Assembly: GCA_003135555.1 (NCBI GenBank) | Contig: PLCF01000018.1 | Span: 19,245 to 53,588, forward strand | From: Vulcanimicrobiota bacterium | Lineage (GTDB): Bacteria > Vulcanimicrobiota > Vulcanimicrobiia > Vulcanimicrobiales > Vulcanimicrobiaceae | DNA: 34,344 nt | Direction: 5' to 3' | Shown here: piece after piece, positions 1 to 7,519 of the stretch | Numbering within the stretch: position 1 is the stretch's first letter | Layout: every line of letters begins with the position of its first letter | Notes under the pieces: model-generated | Database searches by the model: none | What the model was told of the DNA's origin: nothing | Seen by the model: the letters and a program-made list of their open reading frames with translations, nothing else | Made by a program: the position numbers and the translations under genes

Positions 1-44
1 CGGCGGTGCTTGATCTTGTTGAGACCGCGTTTGATACGAGCCAT
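1..44 (-). CDS. rplT: 50S ribosomal protein L20, 5' part only (runs off the window edge)
   Basis: Reverse complement reads ATG GCT CGT ATC AAA CGC GGT (MARIKRGLNKIKHR), a typical L20 N-terminus. GGAG SD lies upstream, and the gene follows rpmI in the canonical infC-rpmI-rplT order. Confidence 0.93.
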   Translation of the reverse strand, partial: MARIKRGLNKIKHR

Positions 45-55
45 GTGTCAGTCTC

Positions 56-262
56 CTACAGAAGGTACGGGATCTGCGGCGCAAAACGCTTGAGATCGCC
101 CTTGAAGGTCGGCTGATCGCGGCGGAAGTTCCGCTTGCGCTTGCGCGACTTCTTGCTGAGGATGTGGCCGCAACCGTCGAACTGGTGGCGGTGCAGGACC
201 TTGCCGTTGCCGGTCACTTTCACGCGCTTCGCGGTGCTACGGTGGGTCTTGATTTTAGGCAC
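56..262 (-). CDS. rpmI: 50S ribosomal protein L35
   Basis: MPKIKTHRSTAKRVKVTGNGKV...HILSKKSRKRKR is the L35 signature. GTG start; lies between infC and rplT. Confidence 0.97.
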   Translation of the reverse strand: MPKIKTHRSTAKRVKVTGNGKVLHRHQFDGCGHILSKKSRKRKRNFRRDQPTFKGDLKRFAPQIPYLL

Positions 263-953
263 TGGCTCCCCCGATGGTGGCTACCGCGTCCGTCCCGCTT
301 TCGTGCTCGCCGGCGTCGTCGGTTCCGTGCTCCTGCTCCGGCTCGTGCTCGTGTTCGTGTTCGTCGGCAGCGTGGGTCACGGTCTCGACTTCGTGGTGCG
401 CCGTGTCCGTCTTGAGGTGGACGAAACGCGGCGGACCGAGCGGCGTGGCTCGCGGAGCCATGATGAGAAACATGTTCTTACCTTCGAGCTTGGCCTCGCG
501 TTCGACGATGGCACTGTTCTCAAGGTCCTTGGCGATGCGGTCGAGCAGCCGTTTTCCGAACGCGGTGTACGTGATCTCGCGTCCGCGAAACATGATCGTG
601 ACCTTGACCTTACCGCCGTCGAGGAGAAGACGTTCGGCCATCTTCGCCTTGACTTCGTAATCGTGGACGTCGATCTTGGGACGCAGCTTGACTTCGCGCA
701 GCTCCCAGTTGCGCTGTTTCTTGCGCGCCTCTTTGTCTTTTTTCGACTGCTCGTACTTGAGACGACCGTAGTCGCCGATTCGGCAAACCGGGGGGACCGC
801 AGTCGGCGAGACCTCGATGAGGTCGAGCCCCTTGGTTCGGGCCATGTTGAGAGCCTCTTCGGTCGGCATGACGCCGAGCTGTTGGGCGGCCTCGTCGATG
901 ACGCGGACTTGGCGGATTCTGATTTGCTCGTTGATGCGCAGCGGTCGTGCTAT
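255..953 (-). CDS. infC: Translation initiation factor IF-3 (AUA start, 232 aa, His/Glu-rich C-terminal tail)
   Basis: IF3 motifs RINEQIR..VRVID, GLDLIEVSP...PPVCRI.DYG and KVKVTIMFRGRE. The frame stays open 28 codons upstream of the ORF-track ATG (869) to an ATA at 953-951, preceded by a GGAGAG SD. Confidence 0.95.
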   Translation of the reverse strand: MARPLRINEQIRIRQVRVIDEAAQQLGVMPTEEALNMARTKGLDLIEVSPTAVPPVCRIGDYGRLKYEQSKKDKEARKKQRNWELREVKLRPKIDVHDYEVKAKMAERLLLDGGKVKVTIMFRGREITYTAFGKRLLDRIAKDLENSAIVEREAKLEGKNMFLIMAPRATPLGPPRFVHLKTDTAHHEVETVTHAADEHEHEHEPEQEHGTDDAGEHESGTDAVATIGGASA

Positions 954-976
954 GACAAACTCTCCGGTAAGAACAC

Positions 977-1009
977 AAAAAAAGCGAAGACGCCGAAGCG
1001 GTCCCCGCT
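977..1009 (-). terminator. Intrinsic terminator/attenuator in the infC leader
   Basis: Minus strand AGCGGGGAC-cGC-UUCG-GC-GUCUUCGCU: a 9-bp stem with 2 G-U pairs and a cUUCGg cap, followed by a U tract just upstream of the infC SD. Confidence 0.8.
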
Positions 1010-1073
1010 ATCGATATGCAACCGGATCGCCCGCGGGCATCCGGTGAGGACCTTGCGGCCCTGCTTCGGCTCG
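977..1073 (-). ncRNA. L20-leader-like cis-regulatory RNA (ribosomal protein leader attenuator)
   Basis: Two hairpins (GGGCC-GCAA-GGUCC; ACCGGAU...AUCCGGU) precede the terminator. The 5' GCCGAAGC is perfectly complementary to GCUUCGGC in the terminator top. Position upstream of infC-rpmI-rplT matches Firmicutes L20 leaders. Confidence 0.65.
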
Positions 1074-1076
1074 CGG

Positions 1077-1106
1077 AGCGTATCACGCCGTCCCGGCGGG
1101 CGTCAA
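1077..1106 (-). promoter_or_regulatory. Sigma70-type promoter of the infC operon
   Basis: Minus strand TTGACG-N18-TACGCT with an extended -10 TGn, directly upstream of the leader hairpins. Confidence 0.65.
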
Positions 1107-1169
1107 GGACGTTCGGGTCACTTCGGGCCGGCGAGGTACCCAAGCGGGCGGCATGCAGCGCCGCTTCCG

Positions 1170-1193
1170 AGGTCGTGCCCGCGGCGGCGCGTA
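1170..1193 (+). promoter_or_regulatory. Sigma-H-like element AGG-N18-GTA upstream of the CDF gene
   Basis: Exact AGG-N18-G(A/T)A spacing that recurs upstream of several genes in the window; 14 nt before the GTG start. Confidence 0.45.
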
Positions 1194-1207
1194 ACGGCCC
1201 CCCCAAC

Positions 1208-2137
1208 GTGGCGCAGAGAGAATCCGTGCTCACCGTCGTCACGGCGGTCGGAGCGAACCTGGCGATAGCGATCGCCAAGGGCATCGCCGCGGCGCTCACC
1301 GGGAGCGCGGCGATGACGGCCGAGGCGATCCACTCCGGGGTCGACACAGCCAACGAGGCGCTGTTGCTCGTCGGGATGCGCCGCGCCGACAAGGCACCCG
1401 ACGCGCAGCATCCGTTCGGCTATGCCAAAGAGCTGTACTTCTGGGCCTTCGTCGTCGCGGTGGTCATCTTCGGGTTGGGCGGCGGGGTGACCATCATCGA
1501 AGGGTTCGAGCGGCTACGCGATCCGCACCCGCCGGCAAACCCGCTGTGGAACTACGTCGTGCTCGGCATCGCCTTCGTTTTCGAAGGGATCTCGTTCGCC
1601 GTCGCGCTGCGACAACTGCGGCGCGACGAGCCGGGCGTCTCGCTGTTCTCCGCCGTCGCCGCCAGCAAGGATCCCGGCGTCTTCGCCGTCGTGCTCGAGG
1701 ACGCGGCGGCGCTCGCCGGTTTGCTCATCGCGCTCGCCGGCACCATCGTCGCGCAGGTGACGGCCGACGGCCGCCCCGACGGCGTCGCCTCGATCGCGAT
1801 CGGCGTCGTGCTCGATTTCGTCGCGCTGGTGCTGGTGTGGCAAGTACGCGGCCTGCTGGTCGGCGAGTCGGCCGATCCCGACGTGGTCGCTGCGATCCGT
1901 GAGGTCGCGGCTGCGGAGCCCAGCGTGGCGGCGGTGCGGCGCGTGCTGACCATGCACCTGGGTCCCGACGACATCCTCGTCGCGCTCGACCTCGTCTTTC
2001 GGCACGACGCAACACTGGCCGAGGTCGCGGCGGCGATCGACCGCATCCAGGGCGAAGTGCAGCGCCGCAACCCGGCGGCGCGCGAGATCTTCATCGAAGT
2101 CGACGCCCTGACCGCGCGCACTCGCGGGGCGACATGA
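1208..2137 (+). CDS. Cation diffusion facilitator (CDF) family transporter
   Basis: N-L-x-I-A-x-A-K, TGSAAM.AEAIHS.VD (TM2 HxxxD), HPFGY.KE.YFW, EDAAAL and a C-terminal ZT_dimer-like domain. GTG at 1208 was chosen as start; the ORF-track extension overlaps the infC leader. Confidence 0.92.
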   Translation: MAQRESVLTVVTAVGANLAIAIAKGIAAALTGSAAMTAEAIHSGVDTANEALLLVGMRRADKAPDAQHPFGYAKELYFWAFVVAVVIFGLGGGVTIIEGFERLRDPHPPANPLWNYVVLGIAFVFEGISFAVALRQLRRDEPGVSLFSAVAASKDPGVFAVVLEDAAALAGLLIALAGTIVAQVTADGRPDGVASIAIGVVLDFVALVLVWQVRGLLVGESADPDVVAAIREVAAAEPSVAAVRRVLTMHLGPDDILVALDLVFRHDATLAEVAAAIDRIQGEVQRRNPAAREIFIEVDALTARTRGAT

Positions 2138-2141
2138 GCGG

Positions 2142-5100
2142 CTAACCGCGCGGTCGCGCCCGGTTCGGGCGCGGCGGGAACTCGGGCCGCGGCGGCGTGT
2201 GTTCGAGCGCCTCTTCGACCAGCCGCAGCGCGGCGTCGAGCTGCGGGTCTTCGCCGCGCGTGTCGTCCTGCGGCGCGATGTCGACCACGTGGGTCGGGTC
2301 GGTGCCGTAGTTCTCCACGCCCCAGCCCGCGTCCGCGAACCAGAACGAGTACTCCGGCTGCGTTGTCTCGGTACCGTCGACGAGGCGATGGCGCGGGTTG
2401 ATCCCGATGACGCCGCCCCAGGTGCGCATCCCGACCAGCGGCCCCAGCCCGTAGAGCTTGAAGCAATGACTGAAGATGTCGCCGTCGCTGCCTGCGAACT
2501 GATTGGTCACCGCGACCATCGGGCCGCCGACGGACTCCTCGGGATAGGGGAACGGCGGGCCCCAGCGCGACACGTCGTAACCGACGCGCTTGCGCGCGAG
2601 CTTCTCGAGCAGCAGCGCCGAGACGTGCCCGCCGCGGTTGTAGCGCACGTCGACGACGAGCCCGTCGCGGTCGAACTCGTTGAGGTAGCCGCGATGAAAC
2701 TCGGCGAACCCCCACGGACCCATGTCGGGGATGTGCACGTACCCGACGCGCCCGTGCGTGCGCCCGTGCACCAGCGCCCGCTTCGCGTCGACCCAGGCGC
2801 GATAGCGTAGCATCCGTTCGTCCTTGAGCGTGCGCACGAGCACGCGGTGCGGCTTGGTCTCCGAATGGCGCGCGACCGTGAGCACGACGTCGCGCCCGGC
2901 TTCGTTGACCAGTAGTGCGCCGGGTCCGGTCTGCGCGCTCAGCGCGCGTCCCCCGATCGCCATGATGACGTCGCCGAGCCGCACGTCGACGCCGGGTTCG
3001 GCCAGCGGCGAGTCGGCGTCACGGTTCCAGGGATCGCCGCGCAGGATGCGCTCGATGCGATACCCCGCAGCGGCTTCGTCCCAGGCGAGGTCGGCGCCGA
3101 GGAACCCGCGTTTGTACTGCGGCGGGATCGGTTTGTCGCCGCCGCTCTCGTAGGCGTGCGAGGTGCCCAGCTCGCCCTGCATCTCCCAGATCAGGTCGGA
3201 GAGCTCGTTGCGGGCGCGTACCTTGGGCAGCAGCGCCTCGTAACGAGGCAGCACCGCGTCCCAGTCGATCCCCGACATGCGCGGATCCCAGAAATTTTCA
3301 CGCTGCAGCCGCCAGGCTTCGCGCAGCATCTGTCGCCACTCCGCGCGCGGCTCGACCAGCACGCTGACGCGGCCGAGGTCGAGCCAGCCGGTGCGCCGGC
3401 CGATCTCCACCGGCGGCTTCTCGTCGTCGCCTTCTTCGGGCAGGTCCGCCCCGGCGTCGATCGCGCGCAGTTTGCCGTGCGAGAGGTACACCAGCGTGCG
3501 GGCGTCGGGACCGAGCACGAAATCCTCGATCTCCGTCGCCAACGTCGCGCCGCGCTGCTGCTCGAAATCGTATGCCTGCAGCTCGCCTTCGGCGTCGTCG
3601 TGCAGGTCGCGCTCTCCCGGCCGGATGCCGCGCACCGGAAAGCGTGAGAACAGCGCGCGCCCTTTCGCTGCGGCGATGCGATCGTAGTCGCCCTCGTCGA
3701 CCGGAAAGGCCAGCATGCGCAGCGCCAGCCCGTCCGCGTCGATCACGATCTCGGGTTTGGCACGCTTGCGATCGTCCTCGTCGTCATCGTCGTCGTCGCG
3801 CGGCTTGTGCAGCGGCGCGGGCTTGGCGACGAACGGGTTCGCTTCGTTCGCGCGCAGCGTCACCAGATACGGTTTGGACGCTTCGGGGAAGCTGAGCTCG
3901 AACTGCAGCGCGTCGTAGACCGGGTGGAAGTCGCGGGTGGAGATGAAGTACAAGTACTTGCCTTGCGGGTCCCAGACCGGCGAGCGGTCTTCGCGCAGCG
4001 CGCTCGTCGCGTCGACGGTGCGCCCGGTCTCGCATTCCACCAACCGGATCGTCGTGGTGGTGTGCGTCTTGGCCGACCACACGTAGGCCAGCCAGCGCCC
4101 GTCGGGCGAGAAGGCGAGATCGCTGATGCGCGCGCCGACGCTTTGATCGAGCCGGCGCGGCGCGGCTCCGAGATCGAGCAGCCACAGCTCGTGGCGGTTG
4201 TTGGCGAACGCGAGCCGGTCGCCGGCCGGGGACGCGACGAGCTCGTGCAACACGCCGGCGTCGTCGTACGTGACGAACTCGGGCGCCGCACTCTGGTCGA
4301 CCGGTGCGACGGCGATGCGCTCGTATCCGCCGGAGTCGTCGACGTACGCTACCCGCGCGTCGTCGTGCAGCCACGTCAGCAGGCGCCGTCGTGCGCTCTC
4401 GTCCGCGCTGACCTGCCCGGCGGTCGAACCCGGATGCTCGGTTACCGCCTCTTCCCACAACGGCATCGTGTAGGTGCGCCCGCGCGAGACGATCCCCAGC
4501 GCGGTGCCGTCGTGCGAAACGCTGAACCCCTCGAGCAGCTCGGATGCTTCGACGAACCGGCGTGCGGTCTCGGGTGCGTTGGACGGCGTCTCGACGGCGA
4601 CGCGCACCACGCTGTCGTCGCGCGGGTCGAGCAGCATCAGCTCACCGCCGCAGGCGTACACGATGCGTGTTCCGTCGGTGGCGGGGAAACGCACGTAGTG
4701 TTCGCGCTCGTCGGTGTGGCGGCGCAAGTCGCTTCCGTCGGCCAGCACCGAGTAGATGTTTCCGATGCCGTCGTGGTCGGAGAGAAAGATGACCCGCTCG
4801 CCCAGCCACAACGGCCAGGCCAGGTTGCCGTCGAGCTCGCGGCAGATCCGGACGTACTCGCCGCTGCCGCGGACGTCGACCCACAGGTGGCCCGCGGTGC
4901 CGCCGCGGTAGCGCTTCCAGCGCGCCGGGTCGATCGCGTTGCGGCCGATCAGGGCCGCGCCGTTCGCCGCGACGTCGAGCGTGAGCGCGTGTCCGATCCG
5001 CAGCTCCACGGGCTCGCCGCCCCCGGCGGCGATGCGATAGGCCAGCGTCACCTTGGCGAACGGCGAACCGGCGTCGCAGGTGAAGTAGATCGCTTGCCCG

Positions 5101-5393
5101 TCGCGGGACCAGCCGCTGCAATAGAGGGTCTCGCTGCCCAGGTGCGTGAGGCGCCGAACGGCGCCGCCCTGCGCCGGCATCACGTACAGCTCGGGGTTGC
5201 CCTCGGCGCGGGCCACGAACGCCAGCCGCCGCCCGTCGGGCGACAGGCGCGGAAGCCCGCACTCGCCTTCGATGGTCGTCAGGCGGCGCGCGACGCCGCC
5301 GCCGGCATCGACCGACCAGAGGTCGTCCTCGCACGCGAAGACGATGCGGTCGCCCGCGATGGTCGGGGTGCGTACGTAGCCCGTGGCGTTCAC
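2142..5393 (-). CDS. Tricorn protease homolog (S41B: two beta-propellers, PDZ, C1/C2)
   Basis: W(K)RYRGGTAG, ELGTSHAY (catalytic His region), GYVHIPDM, DVRYNRGG, AGSDGD (catalytic Ser), GMRTWGGVIG and DPQLD; 1083 aa. Confidence 0.95.
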   Translation of the reverse strand: MNATGYVRTPTIAGDRIVFACEDDLWSVDAGGGVARRLTTIEGECGLPRLSPDGRRLAFVARAEGNPELYVMPAQGGAVRRLTHLGSETLYCSGWSRDGQAIYFTCDAGSPFAKVTLAYRIAAGGGEPVELRIGHALTLDVAANGAALIGRNAIDPARWKRYRGGTAGHLWVDVRGSGEYVRICRELDGNLAWPLWLGERVIFLSDHDGIGNIYSVLADGSDLRRHTDEREHYVRFPATDGTRIVYACGGELMLLDPRDDSVVRVAVETPSNAPETARRFVEASELLEGFSVSHDGTALGIVSRGRTYTMPLWEEAVTEHPGSTAGQVSADESARRRLLTWLHDDARVAYVDDSGGYERIAVAPVDQSAAPEFVTYDDAGVLHELVASPAGDRLAFANNRHELWLLDLGAAPRRLDQSVGARISDLAFSPDGRWLAYVWSAKTHTTTTIRLVECETGRTVDATSALREDRSPVWDPQGKYLYFISTRDFHPVYDALQFELSFPEASKPYLVTLRANEANPFVAKPAPLHKPRDDDDDDEDDRKRAKPEIVIDADGLALRMLAFPVDEGDYDRIAAAKGRALFSRFPVRGIRPGERDLHDDAEGELQAYDFEQQRGATLATEIEDFVLGPDARTLVYLSHGKLRAIDAGADLPEEGDDEKPPVEIGRRTGWLDLGRVSVLVEPRAEWRQMLREAWRLQRENFWDPRMSGIDWDAVLPRYEALLPKVRARNELSDLIWEMQGELGTSHAYESGGDKPIPPQYKRGFLGADLAWDEAAAGYRIERILRGDPWNRDADSPLAEPGVDVRLGDVIMAIGGRALSAQTGPGALLVNEAGRDVVLTVARHSETKPHRVLVRTLKDERMLRYRAWVDAKRALVHGRTHGRVGYVHIPDMGPWGFAEFHRGYLNEFDRDGLVVDVRYNRGGHVSALLLEKLARKRVGYDVSRWGPPFPYPEESVGGPMVAVTNQFAGSDGDIFSHCFKLYGLGPLVGMRTWGGVIGINPRHRLVDGTETTQPEYSFWFADAGWGVENYGTDPTHVVDIAPQDDTRGEDPQLDAALRLVEEALEHTPPRPEFPPRPNRARPRG

Positions 5394-5403
5394 CCGCGAC
5401 GGG

Positions 5404-5427
5404 TACGCGGGCCGGAGAGGAGTCCCT
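5404..5427 (-). promoter_or_regulatory. Sigma-H-like element AGG-N18-GTA upstream of tricorn
   Basis: Minus strand cAGGgactcctctccggcccgcGTA, 10 nt before the GTG start; no SD is visible. Confidence 0.5.
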
Positions 5428-5497
5428 GGTGTTGCGAGCAGGGGGTCCCTTCGAAGCGTTTGGCCGCCGCGCTGGCCGGGGTACGAGCCCGCGAGCG

Positions 5498-5578
5498 GTG
5501 GATGACAACGAACGCCCGGTCAAAGAGCTCCTGCCCGATGTGCGCCAGCGCGTCGAGCGCGTCGCTGATTCGGCGTGA
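5498..5578 (+). CDS. Candidate 26-aa small protein (MDDNERPVKELLPDVRQRVERVADSA)
   Basis: GTG...TGA frame in the tricorn-meaB gap with mostly G/C-ending codons, preceded by GTTT-N17-GGGTAC. It is below the ORF-track cutoff. Confidence 0.35.
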   Translation: MDDNERPVKELLPDVRQRVERVADSA

Positions 5579-5636
5579 GGCCGGCCCCAACGGCGTAACG
5601 GGAACCGCACCGCGCGTCCGTGAACGCGAACGCGCG

Positions 5637-6623
5637 ATGGACGACCCCCACGCCGCGGCCGCGTTGCTGACGGCGTTTCGTGCCGGCGATCCGCGCGCGC
5701 TCGCCCGCGCGATCTCGCGCTGTGAGTCGGGGCGCGGCGCCGGACTGATCCACGCGCTCTATCCGCTGACCGGCCGCGCCGTGACCGTCGGCCTCACCGG
5801 ACCGCCCGGCGTCGGCAAATCGACCCTCAGCTCCGCGCTGGTCGCGCACGTGCGCAAGCTCGGCAAGACCGTCGGCGTGATCTCCGTCGATCCGAGTTCG
5901 CCCTTCTCGCACGGCGCGCTGCTGGGCGACCGCATCCGGCTCGCGGAGCACTTCGTCGACCCCGACGTGTTCATCCGCTCGATGGCGTCGCGCGGCCACC
6001 TCGGTGGGCTGGCGGGCGCCACCGCCGACGCGGTTTCACTCATGGACGCGTTCGGCAAGGACGTCGTGCTCGTCGAGACGGTCGGCGTGGGCCAGTCCGA
6101 GATCGAGATCGCCGAAGTCGCCGACACGACGCTGGTGGCGTTGCAACCGGGGAGCGGCGATTCGGTGCAGGTGCTCAAGGCCGGCGTCCTCGAGATCGCC
6201 GACGTCTTCGTGGTCAACAAGAGCGATCACCCGATGGCCTTGCAACTGCAGCGCGAGATCCGTTCGATGATGGAGATGCTCGTCTACGACGCTTGGGTTC
6301 CGGAGCTGGTGAGCACCCAAGCACTCCAAGGTAAAGGGATCGACAAGCTCTGGGACGCGATCGTCGCGCACGATGCGTGGCTGCGCGAAAGCGGCGCGAT
6401 CCGCGCGAAGCGGCGCGCGGCGTTCGCGCACCGCGTTCGTCAGCTCGCGCTGGGGACGCTGGACGCGCGCATCGAGAGCGTGGTCGCCGAGCTCGGCGAC
6501 GACCTCGACCCCTACGCCGCGGCGGAGATCGTGCTGGAGCGCTTCGGCGTGCGCGACGGCGTCGGGGCGCTGGGCAACGTGCGCGCCCCCGGCGCCGTGC
6601 GCGCGCACGTCAAGGGGTTGTGA
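5637..6623 (+). CDS. meaB: Acyl-CoA mutase-associated G3E GTPase chaperone (MeaB/ArgK family)
   Basis: RALARAIS, GLTGPPGVGKST, VDPSSPFSHGALLGDRIR, FIRSMASRGHLGG, ETVGVGQSE and VVNKSD. ATG at 5637. Confidence 0.95.
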   Translation: MDDPHAAAALLTAFRAGDPRALARAISRCESGRGAGLIHALYPLTGRAVTVGLTGPPGVGKSTLSSALVAHVRKLGKTVGVISVDPSSPFSHGALLGDRIRLAEHFVDPDVFIRSMASRGHLGGLAGATADAVSLMDAFGKDVVLVETVGVGQSEIEIAEVADTTLVALQPGSGDSVQVLKAGVLEIADVFVVNKSDHPMALQLQREIRSMMEMLVYDAWVPELVSTQALQGKGIDKLWDAIVAHDAWLRESGAIRAKRRAAFAHRVRQLALGTLDARIESVVAELGDDLDPYAAAEIVLERFGVRDGVGALGNVRAPGAVRAHVKGL

Positions 6624-7441
6624 CGCTCGGGGCTGCGGGTGCGCCGTCCGCGCGCGAATGGCAAGTGCGCTTGAGTGACGGGGCCGAGACGACGGTGGAG
6701 CAGTGGGGTGAGCGTGGGCCGCTCGTCGTCGCCGTGCACGGGTTGAGCTCGTCGCGCCGCGGCTGGGCGCGCATCGGCGAGCACCTCGCCGACCGCTACC
6801 GCGTCGTCGCGTACGATCAGCGCGGACACGGCGACAGCACGGCGCGCGGCCCGATGACGCTGCAACGCAGCGTCGATGACCTCGCCGAGGTAGTCGCCGC
6901 GCTCGACGAGCCGGTTCACGCGCTGGTCGGACACTCGTGGGGCGGCGCCGTCGCCGTGGCCGGCGGCCTGCGCGTCGATCCGGCGCGCGTCGTCGCGATC
7001 GACCCGATGCTGCACGTCGCGCGCGGCGTCTGGAGCACGCAAACGCTGCCTGCGTACCGGCGTATGCTCGGCGAGCCGCTCGACGAGCGGGAGGCGTCGA
7101 TCCGGGTTTCGCACGCGGCGCTGCCCGACGTCGAGATCGAATCGAAGCTGCACGCGGCGCGCCGGATCACCCTTGCGCCGATCGTCGCGCTGGGCGTCGA
7201 GAACGGCATCGACGAAGGGCGCTGGGACGTGCGCGACCTCGTCCCCGGCTACCCCAAGCCACTGCTCGTCGCGCTGGCCGATGCGCGCCGCAGCGTCGTG
7301 GTTGCGGCGGACCGGCCCGGGCTAGTCGAGCGCGGTGGCCCGCACGTGCGGGTCGAGGTGTTCGAGGGCGCGAGCCACTCGCTGCAGCGCGACGCCTTCG
7401 ACCGCTTCATGCCGGTGCTCGAGACGTTCCTGGCCCAGTGA
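6620..7441 (+). CDS. Alpha/beta-fold hydrolase
   Basis: VHGL oxyanion motif, YDQRGHGDS, GHSWGG nucleophile elbow and a C-terminal His (GASHS). GTGA overlap with the meaB stop. Confidence 0.9.
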   Translation: MTLGAAGAPSAREWQVRLSDGAETTVEQWGERGPLVVAVHGLSSSRRGWARIGEHLADRYRVVAYDQRGHGDSTARGPMTLQRSVDDLAEVVAALDEPVHALVGHSWGGAVAVAGGLRVDPARVVAIDPMLHVARGVWSTQTLPAYRRMLGEPLDEREASIRVSHAALPDVEIESKLHAARRITLAPIVALGVENGIDEGRWDVRDLVPGYPKPLLVALADARRSVVVAADRPGLVERGGPHVRVEVFEGASHSLQRDAFDRFMPVLETFLAQ

Positions 7442-7519
7442 CGGGCGCAACCCCGGCGATTCGGGAAAGTGACGGCAAGAGGTCGAACCCTCGGGTTGAC
7501 CCGGAGGAAGCACTAGCAC

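Noticed and set aside
135..1268. 377-aa plus-strand ORF over rpmI/infC
   Set aside because: Antisense shadow of highly conserved genes in GC-rich DNA, with no recognisable motifs.
3770..3800. (TCG)n trinucleotide run
   Set aside because: It encodes the poly-Asp loop of tricorn and is not a CRISPR or contingency repeat.
3807..5636. Apparent 610-aa N-terminal extension of MeaB (938-aa ORF)
   Set aside because: It is antisense to tricorn; MeaB homology begins at ATG 5637.
7442..7519. Possible cobalamin or c-di-GMP riboswitch before icmA (GGGAA, short hairpins)
   Set aside because: Only 78 nt, with no B12 box or GEMM core; better explained by a promoter element plus the GGAGG SD.
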